Shown here piece by piece: positions 19,001 through 27,199 of a stretch of DNA of 35,528 nucleotides. Made by a program: the position numbers and the translations under genes. The notes under the pieces were generated by a model that did no database searches, was not told where the DNA came from, and worked only from the letters and a program-made list of their open reading frames with translations. Origin of the DNA: Fibrobacteria bacterium (GTDB taxonomy: Bacteria > Fibrobacterota > Chitinivibrionia > Chitinivibrionales > FEN-1185). The DNA is taken from the NCBI GenBank assembly GCA_037447435.1, contig JBBIGR010000047.1, forward strand, positions 1 to 35,528. The letters are read 5' to 3'. Position 1 is the first letter of the stretch. Each line of letters begins with the position of its first letter.

Positions 19001-19909
19001 GTTGTGTCTGTTCGGCTCGGGGCACCTGTAATTGATTCGATGCATATTGCTAACCCGATTTGGATAAATGACGATAATACCTATCAAGTTGCTGCTCGCG
19101 ATACTAACGGAACAATAATCAGGTATTATTTCGACTGGACCAATTCCGGTACTTGGCAGGACAGCATGACAAACAACAGCATTGCCGCACATTATTCAAC
19201 TGCAGGGACTAAAACATTGCGATACGGCGTTATGGATAACGACAGTAATGTAACAATTGCAACAAAGCAGGTAGTGGTGCATCTTGGTATGCCGAGAGTG
19301 TGGAATGCGTCCGGTGATACGCAATTTGTTGTTTGCCCGACCAATGGCGGAACAATAAAATTTGGGATTAGCCATTATGACACCAATGGAACTTTCCAGC
19401 AATTTTATTGGAATTTCTTTGGCCCCCCGTATGATACAAATGTAGCCGCACAATATAAAACAATTTCTGATTCGGTCTCTCAATCGTTTACAGCGCCATC
19501 AGTTAATGTTGCTCAAACATTAGCAGTGTATGGTAAAGACGATGATGGTAATGTTGCAGGAGACACTATATGGTATTACCCTGATGCTCCACCACCGGCA
19601 CCTACTTTACATGATGCAGAAACTGCTGATAGTGTAACAATTTATTGGAAAAACAAAGATGTTCATGATGGAAGCCTTACCCAATTTAGGATTTTGCTTC
19701 ATGATAATAATGAGCCAGACAGTTTAATTTCCGGTGATATTATTTCAAATTGGAAAAGTAGTTATCGCGTATCCGATTTAGGGATATACGATTATATGTT
19801 CCGGTTTAAAGGTGTCCATTCTGTCAATTTATATTATTATCAGGTTCACGCCCGGGATGCAAGGGGGAGTGTAACTCCAAGCACGACAGGACATTCGTTT
19901 TCTTTTTAG
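16091..19909 (+). CDS. Large surface lipoprotein with many PKD/Ig-like repeats
   Basis: Lipoprotein signal ending FSGFY-C19; repeated ~85-100 aa beta-rich units with IND..DTNGTI..W..DNDG; Ser/Thr-rich; FN3-like C-terminus. Confidence 0.8.
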   Translation: MNKLRIILLLLGIFSGFYCANNLNDNPIDPNFNGDYHLSISKTTLPDTLYTDTLYRLPLVTGKDTFLTIGIIRPGADTINLTSSVISSGKDSVSILFVKSYSGSIVLRAVQPNGKEKFDSVVVTVKTRNNCPAIPIIRLKSDSIVVSVNDPVSLTATDSLGTSINYSWKIIGLGRDTNSSKIWNHTFSDTGAYLVTVSGTNQCGLTGQPDTAKIFVHHFSYRLTVLSIPDTIRIKKQQILTVGIDNPADFIAHKGSYYWHIEKNSVSLDTNGPNLDTLKITLSDSCRFLVRVFAADTTGNKSAPIERTPVVWLYRPICSFASRLFSGGINDPVNFSVNANDANADGSIADIKYRVKPPFADTTTKSTAGTKTFSINFPFTGSFSIETWAVDNEGLSSGHDSALVAISAGKPYFPIRSLDTTFFINVPITFNVIAQPGATGLTTTEYLWRQKGKTDTITTIGTLTRSFNRGGPDTLFVRAKNSQGDTSLTSCIIVVKVDSGVPQIKLAKLDTNWIYMGGTVSLRVSAKDTNGTIRSIVVDTNGKSIAQVSATTNSQLIDTAIKLTFPIPGKYPVKVLVRDNDNLSSVTWFVDTVTVDKGAPVVTGITPDTAWLFDTTTYTINATDNKAVTKWFISPNGTSWSSDNGAATFKYAFSDSGKQFLYVKVQDGDGNESTVKKDSVWVKPVRPIISSINVLGVQENALFINQSYQYSVSASILHGAISKIFISWNGSTTTPDDSVVKSGNTVIDTFTHFYPINASGLNTIRTWAVSTGGLSSVLFSKQVTMRLGRPVVDGITPQTIWVNDDTTFTITSHDTNGTVDSLIVAWGDGTAQIRKARADLITHKYATSQYGSKTVKIVAKDNDGFYSDTASLSITVNLGKPVISGISSDTNLSKIFINDPVTFTISYSDPNGSVDSISVDNGNGVYSAFVKATTSVYALSRTFTKSEVGNKTVRAIVKDNDGVLSDTTKMVVSVRLGAPVIDSMHIANPIWINDDNTYQVAARDTNGTIIRYYFDWTNSGTWQDSMTNNSIAAHYSTAGTKTLRYGVMDNDSNVTIATKQVVVHLGMPRVWNASGDTQFVVCPTNGGTIKFGISHYDTNGTFQQFYWNFFGPPYDTNVAAQYKTISDSVSQSFTAPSVNVAQTLAVYGKDDDGNVAGDTIWYYPDAPPPAPTLHDAETADSVTIYWKNKDVHDGSLTQFRILLHDNNEPDSLISGDIISNWKSSYRVSDLGIYDYMFRFKGVHSVNLYYYQVHARDARGSVTPSTTGHSFSF

Positions 19910-20026
19910 AAAATGTTGGTACATGTGATCAGAATCACAGACGAGAATGGAATCTATGGCTATTTTCTAATAGTATCATAGGTAGAAATTTTCTATTTGC
20001 TTGAACTAATCTGAAGGATAAAATAA

Positions 20027-21805
20027 ATGGCCGAAGAATGGCATGGTATAAACGACCCTGGCTACTTTAGAAAACCGGTAAACGCAGAAGACAAACCCAA
20101 GCCCAAACCAGCCCCTGAACCGATAAAACCTCGTGAGCCATTGGCAAAAGAATATAAATTTAAAGATGTTACAATAATAGAGCCAGCACAAGGCTTCGAA
20201 TTGAATAAGCCATTTGATATTGAAGGTGAAATTGAACCTTATGGTGATAAAGTCAAAGCCTCAAAAATTCTTCTGTCCCCAATTGGGATTTACAATAACA
20301 AAGAAGACAACTTTGCACCCGGTGGCATTGAAGCAAGCCTAAATCAAAGTACGTGGAAGTTTAAAGCTACTTGTAAAAGTCTTTATGAGCCTGATTCGTT
20401 TGCAAGAGATGATAAAAAATCTGCAGATGCAACTTGGAAATTGTTTGTTCGTGCTGAGGGTAAAGCCGCAGAGAAATCCCTGGAAAGCGAAAGGTTTACT
20501 TTCCCCAGAGCCTCAAAATTTGTAGAACTTAAAAAAGGAGATTACGACGAAGACGGGGCAAAAAAATACAATAAATCTCAATCGGGTGAAAACTTCAAGC
20601 CTCATAGCGTTGTAAAGTCTTTGCAGGGTGATTTAATTAAGATAGGTCTCTTGCCTAAAGATTCAGATGATGGATATTTTGGTGACCAAACAGAAAAGGC
20701 AATCAAGGACTTCCAGAATTACGCTATAAAATCAGAACGCTTGAAACAGAATGCCGGAAAAATAGAAACGACTACTAAGCCTCTTGACCAACAAAATGCA
20801 GACGGTATTGTTAATAAAAAGACAAGAGACGAGATTGACACGTGGCTTAAAAATAATTGGATAAAACCAGTTCTAACCCTCCGACATGGTGAATACGACC
20901 AAAACGGTACTAATGGCGATGACAGACCGCGTGAAGGTGATAATTTCCATAGTGGTGATCCAATACTTGAAAATCAGAAGAGTCTACAAAAAGTAAATGT
21001 TTATACGGATTTCACTCTTGATGGATGGTTTCACAATTATATGCTCGAAGCAGTACAACAATTTCAGGATGCAGCCGAAAAAGGAACATTGACTATTGAT
21101 GGTAAACCTGCAGACTTGGGCGAAAAGCTTACCAAGTATCAAAAGGGAATTCTGTGTCCTAAGACACAGGCCCATTTAGAACTCGCCATAAAGAGCAATG
21201 CCAAAGTGATCAATGAGATAATAATTATTCCTATGCGTTTTCCTCTTGATGCCAAATATAATGATAAGGGCTATGTAAGCGGCGAACGTGCTTTCGGCTC
21301 ATCGCGTAATCATGGGAAGCGCGCTCATGCCGGATGCGATTTATATGCACCAGTGGGTGAGAAAATATTTGCTGTCGATGACGGCGTTATCACTAAGTAT
21401 CGTGACTTCTATGGACAAACTTTCGCTCTTGAAATCGATCATGGAACATACATCGTAAGATATGGTGAAGTTCAACCACCTAACGCATACAATGCCTATA
21501 AAAATGATCCTCCTCCAGAAAAAGATTGTAATGGCCTACCATCTGATTTAAAAGAGACTGATCCTGTAACTAAAGGACAACACATTGCTTTTGTTGGCCA
21601 ATTACGTCTTGATAAAGATAAAAACGGCAAGCTACATAATTATCCGCGTAGCATGCTCCATTTCGAATTATACAAGAAAGAAAGCTCTGGTTCTTTAACG
21701 ATAACTACAAAAACCACTTACAAACATGTAATTCAAAGAAATTATCAGAGAAGAGACGATTTAATAGATCCCACAAAATCATTGGAACAAACAACGAAGG
21801 AATAG
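20027..21805 (+). CDS. Peptidoglycan-binding domain protein with C-terminal M23 metallopeptidase
   Basis: PG-binding repeats DGYFGDQTEKAIKDFQ and DGWFHNYMLEAVQQFQ; M23 HAGCDLY..AVDDG..VTKGQHIAFVG..LHFE; no signal peptide. Confidence 0.85.
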   Translation: MAEEWHGINDPGYFRKPVNAEDKPKPKPAPEPIKPREPLAKEYKFKDVTIIEPAQGFELNKPFDIEGEIEPYGDKVKASKILLSPIGIYNNKEDNFAPGGIEASLNQSTWKFKATCKSLYEPDSFARDDKKSADATWKLFVRAEGKAAEKSLESERFTFPRASKFVELKKGDYDEDGAKKYNKSQSGENFKPHSVVKSLQGDLIKIGLLPKDSDDGYFGDQTEKAIKDFQNYAIKSERLKQNAGKIETTTKPLDQQNADGIVNKKTRDEIDTWLKNNWIKPVLTLRHGEYDQNGTNGDDRPREGDNFHSGDPILENQKSLQKVNVYTDFTLDGWFHNYMLEAVQQFQDAAEKGTLTIDGKPADLGEKLTKYQKGILCPKTQAHLELAIKSNAKVINEIIIIPMRFPLDAKYNDKGYVSGERAFGSSRNHGKRAHAGCDLYAPVGEKIFAVDDGVITKYRDFYGQTFALEIDHGTYIVRYGEVQPPNAYNAYKNDPPPEKDCNGLPSDLKETDPVTKGQHIAFVGQLRLDKDKNGKLHNYPRSMLHFELYKKESSGSLTITTKTTYKHVIQRNYQRRDDLIDPTKSLEQTTKE

Positions 21806-21808
21806 GTT

Positions 21809-22357
21809 ATGCGTATAATAATATTTTGCTGTTTGCTGTTTGCTACAATTTCTTATTCGGCTGATAATCTAGCCCCCTCACACACACCTTCAACCAATAG
21901 TTTTATTGGCAAAACATATACACGCATTAAAGATGTCGACTCTTTACTTACTTCGGGAGCATTTGGCACTCTTAACAAAGACGGGGCTTATGCGGTAAGT
22001 ATTCATGGAAGCAAACGCGTTCTTGACAATTCAAGATATCCAAGATTTAATTATGTGTTTTTTACAAAAACCATAGGATACGAAAACAAAAAATCGATAT
22101 TGAAAATATTAGATGTTGTTACAATTGATGCGCATGACTTTAACGATAGCGCAACCATACGGCTAGATGAATGCAATTGCAAAGTCCAAGATCAATGCCA
22201 GACAGTTTCTGTTTATAATGCAGAAAGTAAATTGCTTAAAAACGGAAAAAAGATTAAACCTATCAAAATTTGGGAACCTAACATTGCTACAGGAAAGCTT
22301 GAAGAGAAATCCCCAGATAATTTCCAATGCGGACCAATGGAACCTGACGAACAATGA
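21809..22357 (+). CDS. Exported hypothetical protein (putative immunity protein)
   Basis: Signal peptide MRIIIFCCLLFATISYS; starts 3 nt after the M23 gene stop; four Cys in the mature part. Confidence 0.65.
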   Translation: MRIIIFCCLLFATISYSADNLAPSHTPSTNSFIGKTYTRIKDVDSLLTSGAFGTLNKDGAYAVSIHGSKRVLDNSRYPRFNYVFFTKTIGYENKKSILKILDVVTIDAHDFNDSATIRLDECNCKVQDQCQTVSVYNAESKLLKNGKKIKPIKIWEPNIATGKLEEKSPDNFQCGPMEPDEQ

Positions 22358-22514
22358 AATAGTTTTACATTTTAAACTTGCAAATTTATTAAAATATGGA
22401 TGTTGAATTCGAGATGTTAAGTAGGAATAAGTTTTGAATGCAAACTTTTTTTAATAGTCATTCGCTTTCGCCAGGAGAGAGGACAGCGTTTTTTTAAGGG
22501 AATTTCATAAGTAT

Positions 22515-22751
22515 TTACTTGGAAAACTCTGTAAAACCTGAATCACCGAGTTTGTATTGATTTCCGATAGTTTTCTCAATCCATCCCATTTTTATCGCGT
22601 ATTCGGCCCCATTATTAAAATCCTCAAGAGACATTCCACGGCTTAAAAGGCTATTCAGTTGTAAAACGTGGTCTGGTTGTCCGTTAAAATAAATAATAAA
22701 AGTGGCAAGGATTTTTCGGGCTGATTCTTCAGGGGTAGTAACTTCTGCCAT
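22515..22751 (-). CDS. Small hypothetical protein, winged-helix-like
   Basis: 78 aa; helices followed by the GWIE..YKL..G wing pattern; divergent from xis. Confidence 0.55.
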   Translation of the reverse strand: MAEVTTPEESARKILATFIIYFNGQPDHVLQLNSLLSRGMSLEDFNNGAEYAIKMGWIEKTIGNQYKLGDSGFTEFSK

Positions 22752-22865
22752 TTTATTTCTTTCATTTTTCAGTTTTTAGCTATCAAAATATAACCCTCGC
22801 TAAAAAAAATAAAAAATATTTAAAAAACATCTTTATCGGGTAGTCTGGAGTGAGTATCATGTTTC

Positions 22866-23132
22866 ATGATACCACAAAACTCAGACCTCCTCACAATAAA
22901 AGCCACAGCAGCACGCCTTGGCCTTAACGAGCAAACCGTGTATCGTTGGATAAAACACGGATGGCTGGAATCTTTGCCGCTTGGTCCGCGCAATATTCGA
23001 ATATCAGCAGAAATAGTCGATCAGATTATAAAATATGGTCTATCTGTTAAACCATCTGGTAATTTTCAGACAATCGGCAAACCTCGCATAAAGTCATGCC
23101 CACGCCCCAAAGGAGGCAAAGCATGGCGGTAA
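22866..23132 (+). CDS. xis: Excisionase-like HTH_17/MerR-type DNA-binding protein
   Basis: LLTIKATAARLGLNEQTVYRWIKHGWL..IRI; overlaps the integrase start. Confidence 0.85.
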   Translation: MIPQNSDLLTIKATAARLGLNEQTVYRWIKHGWLESLPLGPRNIRISAEIVDQIIKYGLSVKPSGNFQTIGKPRIKSCPRPKGGKAWR

Positions 23133-24400
23133 AGACGGGGACAAATCTACAGGTACGGGATGGAAGATACACAATAGATCGCGTCGTTTTCGGGGTCCGG
23201 CTATTCCATAGGTTTAAGCAGGGCACTGATCAAAAATCGGCGGAACTGTGGGTAGCTAAAAAGACTGCACAGATAATAAATGGTCGATATCTTCCTGAAT
23301 CAAAACAACGCTCTTTGACAGTTAGGGAAATATTAAATGCATATTGGAATGAACATATTTCAGGAATTACTTCTGAATATAAAGAAAACAGAAAATATCA
23401 TCTGGATAGGATCGATGCATATTTTGGTTTGATGATCATACCGGCAGTTCCGCCGTTTCATGGGGAAGTTGCCCCGGGAGTTCTTAGTGCGGCACATGTC
23501 GAGAGATATGCAAAAAAAAGATCTGTTGACAAAAGTAAACAAGGTGGTTTTGTTGCTCCCTCTACTATTCAGGACGAAATCAATGTCTTGGTGCAGGCAA
23601 TAAATTTTTGTAGGAAGAGATCTGCCACTCTCAGAATATCATACAATCCAATTGACGGCTATGATCGGCCAAAACAAAAAGATCCATCAAAAGTCGTGCT
23701 GGATGAAGGCTCTGAGGATGGGGCTGAATGGTGGGCGATTTATTCGCAATGTTCTGAAAATGCAAAACTTTTAGTATTATGTTTATATGACACAGGTATG
23801 AGGCCTAAAGAAGTTTTTTTTATGCGGCGGAGCTGGTTTATTGAAATGAGCCAGGAAAGGTGGATAATCGAGTTTCCTCCAGAATTTGCAGAAAAAACTG
23901 ATAAAGAAAGACGGCGTGTACCCGTTTCACTGCGCTTGCTAAAAGAGATGTTGCCGATTCTTAGCAATCTTACTCCAGACTCCTTAGTTTTTCCATCACC
24001 CCGAAAAGGCAAAAATCGTACGCGACATTGGTCTGCGTTTAACACTGCCGTTAAACGAGTTCGATTAATGGCAAAAAAGGCATCGGAGTTTTCAGATTTT
24101 TCGGACTTCAATGCTTGGGCGGTGAAAAACAAATGGAAGGAAGAAGATGTTTTTACTGCTTGGAATGTGCGAAACTTCACGGGAAATAAAGTAACCCCTT
24201 ATGCACTTCGGCGGACAAGGATTTCAGTTTGGGATGCTATTGACGAAAATGCAAGTCGGTACGCCTCCGGACATTCAATGAAATCTAAACAAGAAGATAG
24301 CCATAATAAAAACTATGTTCGCTTTCCCCTCGATAGATTATTTCGTTTGGTAGGTTTGGAATATACTAAACCGTCATTACGTCTTGTTAAGTCTGCCTGA
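23123..24400 (+). CDS. int: Tyrosine recombinase/integrase
   Basis: YDTGMRPKE (Arg I), EKT (Lys), TPYALRRT (Arg II), SGHS, HNKNY (Tyr); AGGAGG RBS at 23111-23116; next to a tRNA 3' end. Confidence 0.88.
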   Translation: MAVKTGTNLQVRDGRYTIDRVVFGVRLFHRFKQGTDQKSAELWVAKKTAQIINGRYLPESKQRSLTVREILNAYWNEHISGITSEYKENRKYHLDRIDAYFGLMIIPAVPPFHGEVAPGVLSAAHVERYAKKRSVDKSKQGGFVAPSTIQDEINVLVQAINFCRKRSATLRISYNPIDGYDRPKQKDPSKVVLDEGSEDGAEWWAIYSQCSENAKLLVLCLYDTGMRPKEVFFMRRSWFIEMSQERWIIEFPPEFAEKTDKERRRVPVSLRLLKEMLPILSNLTPDSLVFPSPRKGKNRTRHWSAFNTAVKRVRLMAKKASEFSDFSDFNAWAVKNKWKEEDVFTAWNVRNFTGNKVTPYALRRTRISVWDAIDENASRYASGHSMKSKQEDSHNKNYVRFPLDRLFRLVGLEYTKPSLRLVKSA

Positions 24401-24417
24401 GTACTACCATAATAAAA

Positions 24418-24460
24418 TGCGTGACTTTTGCGTGACCTGCGTGAGTTTTGCGTGACTTTT
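24418..24460 (+). repeat. Four direct repeats TGCGTGA(C/G), putative integrase arm-type sites
   Basis: Copies start at 24418, 24429, 24438 and 24449. Confidence 0.7.
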
Positions 24461-24490
24461 TAAGTATAATTAAGTATAAAGCAGTATAAA
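24461..24490 (+). repeat. Three 10-bp phased repeats with core AGTATAA, putative Xis sites
   Basis: taagtataat taagtataaa gcagtataaa. Confidence 0.55.
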
Positions 24491-24572
24491 ACTTTGATTT
24501 TGAAAATTAGTGAATAGGTGAGAGTAAATCAAAAACTAATGTATGTAAGTATTTGATATATAAGGTTAAAAT

Positions 24573-24605
24573 AAAAAAAGCCTCCTGTTTTCACAGGAGG
24601 CTTTT
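24573..24605 (-). terminator. Intrinsic (probably bidirectional) terminator after tRNA-Pro
   Basis: AAAAGCCTCCTGT-tttc-ACAGGAGGCTTTT with a T7 run on the minus strand. Confidence 0.85.
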
Positions 24606-24606
24606 A

Positions 24607-24684
24607 TGGTCGGTGTGGCGGGATTTGAACCTGCGACCCCTACCACCCCAAGGTAGTGCTCTAGCCGGGCTGAGCCACACACCG
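24607..24684 (-). tRNA. tRNA-Pro (GGG)
   Basis: CGGTGTG acceptor stem, anticodon arm CTACC-TTGGGGT-GGTAG, T-loop GGTTCAAATCC, encoded CCA. Confidence 0.97.
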
Positions 24685-24716
24685 ACAAATACAAATGTAA
24701 AATAATTTTTGCACGT

Positions 24717-25289
24717 CTATTTAGGAGAAAATAATTCGTTTTTTCTCTGCAATCGTTCGGTTTTGCTTAAACGGCAACCGCAATAATCTTGTCGGTATAG
24801 ACCCAGTTCTTTGCTCAGGATGATGCTTTTAATGAATCCATTGTTTTTTTTAAAATTAAAGGGTTCGTATATTACGCCGAACTCATGAGCGGCTGTTTTT
24901 CCGGCACTATTGAGGGATTCGATACGTTTATGAGGAGAAATGCTCATAACGGTGGTGAAATGATTCCATCCAATCGAGTTGCAAAATTGTGCCGAACTTC
25001 TTAGTCTCAGTAAAAAGCATCGTTCGCAACGCGCTCCGCCTTCCGGGGTTTCGACAAAATCCGAAACAGCCGTTTCCCATTCATGCGGCTCATATTCTTG
25101 ATGATCGAATCGTATGTCGAACATCGATGCGGCTTTTGCCGCTTCTTGTAATCTTTTATCATACTCCGATTCCGGGTGAATATTGGGATTACAAAAAAAA
25201 CAACGTAAGTTGTAAGCGGAATTCAGCAATTGAATGACCCATGCTTCATCCGGAGCGCAGCAAATATGGAGTAATAGGTCCGGTTTCAT
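24717..25289 (-). CDS. queH: Epoxyqueuosine reductase QueH
   Basis: LLHICCAPD, NPNIHP..EY, EGGARCERC, ISPHK, YRQDYCGC. Confidence 0.93.
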   Translation of the reverse strand: MKPDLLLHICCAPDEAWVIQLLNSAYNLRCFFCNPNIHPESEYDKRLQEAAKAASMFDIRFDHQEYEPHEWETAVSDFVETPEGGARCERCFLLRLRSSAQFCNSIGWNHFTTVMSISPHKRIESLNSAGKTAAHEFGVIYEPFNFKKNNGFIKSIILSKELGLYRQDYCGCRLSKTERLQRKNELFSPK

Positions 25290-25294
25290 AAAAA

Positions 25295-27055
25295 TTATTT
25301 TATCAACGTCGCAAAGAATGCGGCAAGACCGGCAATAAAAAATTGACCGTCGGCAAAAACGTTGAAGTTTACCGTTCTGTTCAGCCTTTTTTGAAAATTC
25401 AGCCTTGTAAAGAAGAAAAGATAAATAAAAGGCAATATTTGGAAAATAAATTTTAAATTTAAAGTATTGGGAGAGGTGTTAGGCAAATACAGCGGCGAAA
25501 AAAGACAAACCAGACATAAAATCGTCGTAAAAAGTAAGACGGCTTTCCTGGCATTCTTTTCTCCGATTAACGTAATCAATGTTTCTCGTCCCATTATCCG
25601 GTCTCCTTCGATGTCCCGAAGATCGAAAATGAGCGATCGTAAATAAGAAAGAATAAATATGATCGTGAAACAGATTATGGTTACGCTCGGCGGTCTCCAC
25701 GATTCTTCCAGCGCAAGCGGCATAAATGTCAGCACGGTGCCCCAGGCAAGAGCGACGAACAGGTCCCGTGAGGTGGGAACATCTTTCAGTTTTGTATAGC
25801 GGAATAAAGCCTTGAGAAATTTGGGGATAATCGTGATATGATACACGCATCCCGCAAACGTCGAAAAAAGCATGAGGTAAAAAAGAATTTTGCTTTGCAT
25901 CGAACTGATAAAAAGCAAGATAAGGATATTGACGCCGACCGTGAAATAAAGAGCCACTTTGTGGTTGCGGTAAAACCGGTATCTTCCGATTCCTAAATGT
26001 TGCATGTTTTCGATACTTGTCAAGCTGTTCCATAAATACATGGACAAAAAGTAAAGGAATGAAATCGCAAATCCCGGCAGCGAGGGCTTTAAATCCTGCA
26101 AGACGCATGAGGCGAAATAAACCAATGCCGCTCCGGTCGCGACGATCACGTTCAAGGTCGAGAATACATCGGCGGCCCTTTTTATCCTGTTATATGCCGT
26201 CTTTTTCTTTGTTTGGTCCATAAACTGAATGTAGTCGACAATGCGTTTGATCATCCAATTGGGCGTAGACGCTCCGGCGGTTATCCCGATCGATTTACAA
26301 TGAGAAATCCGGTCCCAGTTAATTTCTTCTTCCGTTTCCACGCATTGCGTTAGCGTGCCGGATTCTTGCGCGATTTTTCCCAGCCGTTTGGTATTGGCGC
26401 TATTGCTTCCGCCGACGACGATCATGGCTTCGACACGTTTCGCAAGTTCCCGTGTCTCATTTTGTCTTTTATCCGTGGCCGAGCATATTGTCTTTTTTAT
26501 GACCACTTCGCTGTGGGCGAAATGGTTTCGCAATTTTTCCGAAATTTCATCGAACGTGGTGTTGTCAAATGTCGTTTGAGAAACAAGGCAGATTTTTTTC
26601 AACGGCGGTAAATTCGCAATATCGTTTGGCGAAGCAATTAAATGACCCGATTCTCCCGCATATCCTTGAAGCCCTATTACTTCGGCATGTCCTTCATCGC
26701 CGGTAATCACAATCGAAAAGCCCATGTTGCGGTATTTTTCGATCACGCGATGAACGGTTTTAACTTTTGGGCATGTTCCATCGATGATATGAGCTTTGTC
26801 TTTCCATATGTCCGCAGCGCCGGGAGGTACGCCGTGAGCCCTGATAAGGACCGTTGAATTCGGTGGAAGGGAACTGTTTTTTTCCAGGGTTACGACGTTG
26901 CGTTCCCGAAGCATTTCGATGGTTTGATTATTATGGATGAGAGGTCCGAGAGTGTGAACTCCTCCGGGTGATTTGGACGCATGTTCCAATGCGAGATCGA
27001 CGGCTCGTTTTACGCCCATACAAAATCCGGCGGATTCGGCTATAATAATTTTCAT
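25295..27055 (-). CDS. ispH: 4-hydroxy-3-methylbut-2-enyl diphosphate reductase fused to a UbiA-like membrane domain
   Basis: AGFCMGV, GTCPKV, TICSAT, HAEV, SNS, AGASTP; C-terminal multi-TM domain with DLRDIEGD. Confidence 0.93.
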   Translation of the reverse strand: MKIIIAESAGFCMGVKRAVDLALEHASKSPGGVHTLGPLIHNNQTIEMLRERNVVTLEKNSSLPPNSTVLIRAHGVPPGAADIWKDKAHIIDGTCPKVKTVHRVIEKYRNMGFSIVITGDEGHAEVIGLQGYAGESGHLIASPNDIANLPPLKKICLVSQTTFDNTTFDEISEKLRNHFAHSEVVIKKTICSATDKRQNETRELAKRVEAMIVVGGSNSANTKRLGKIAQESGTLTQCVETEEEINWDRISHCKSIGITAGASTPNWMIKRIVDYIQFMDQTKKKTAYNRIKRAADVFSTLNVIVATGAALVYFASCVLQDLKPSLPGFAISFLYFLSMYLWNSLTSIENMQHLGIGRYRFYRNHKVALYFTVGVNILILLFISSMQSKILFYLMLFSTFAGCVYHITIIPKFLKALFRYTKLKDVPTSRDLFVALAWGTVLTFMPLALEESWRPPSVTIICFTIIFILSYLRSLIFDLRDIEGDRIMGRETLITLIGEKNARKAVLLFTTILCLVCLFSPLYLPNTSPNTLNLKFIFQILPFIYLFFFTRLNFQKRLNRTVNFNVFADGQFFIAGLAAFFATLIK

Positions 27056-27199
27056 AGTTTAAAAATACATAATTTAAGATCCGCAAATACCATTTTGGCC
27101 GATACGGTTTATGTTATTTTTTTCCCGCCCATAGAAGTAAATGGTCCGATTTCGATTTACTTCTTTTAAATTTGAAGTACCATAAGGCATTTTTATTTT

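Larger units (their letters stand above)
1..24606. mobile_element. Integrative element/genomic island inserted at tRNA-Pro (other end outside the window)
   Basis: xis-int and arm-like repeats next to the tRNA 3' end; accessory cargo; visibly more AT-rich than the sequence right of the tRNA. The left extent is uncertain. Confidence 0.7.

Noticed and set aside
16861..19483. Several antisense ORFs of up to 186 aa inside the PKD lipoprotein gene
   Set aside because: Shadow ORFs of a codon-biased gene, with no motifs
20027..24400. Prophage call from the integrase plus a lysin-like gene
   Set aside because: No capsid, terminase, tail or holin genes in the window
24418..24490. Short repeats as a CRISPR array or replication iterons
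   Set aside because: Units are 8-10 bp with no spacers and there is no cas or rep gene; the position fits att arm sites
25479..26108. 209-aa alternative-frame ORF within ispH-UbiA
   Set aside because: Fully nested with no recognisable features; the main frame is intact
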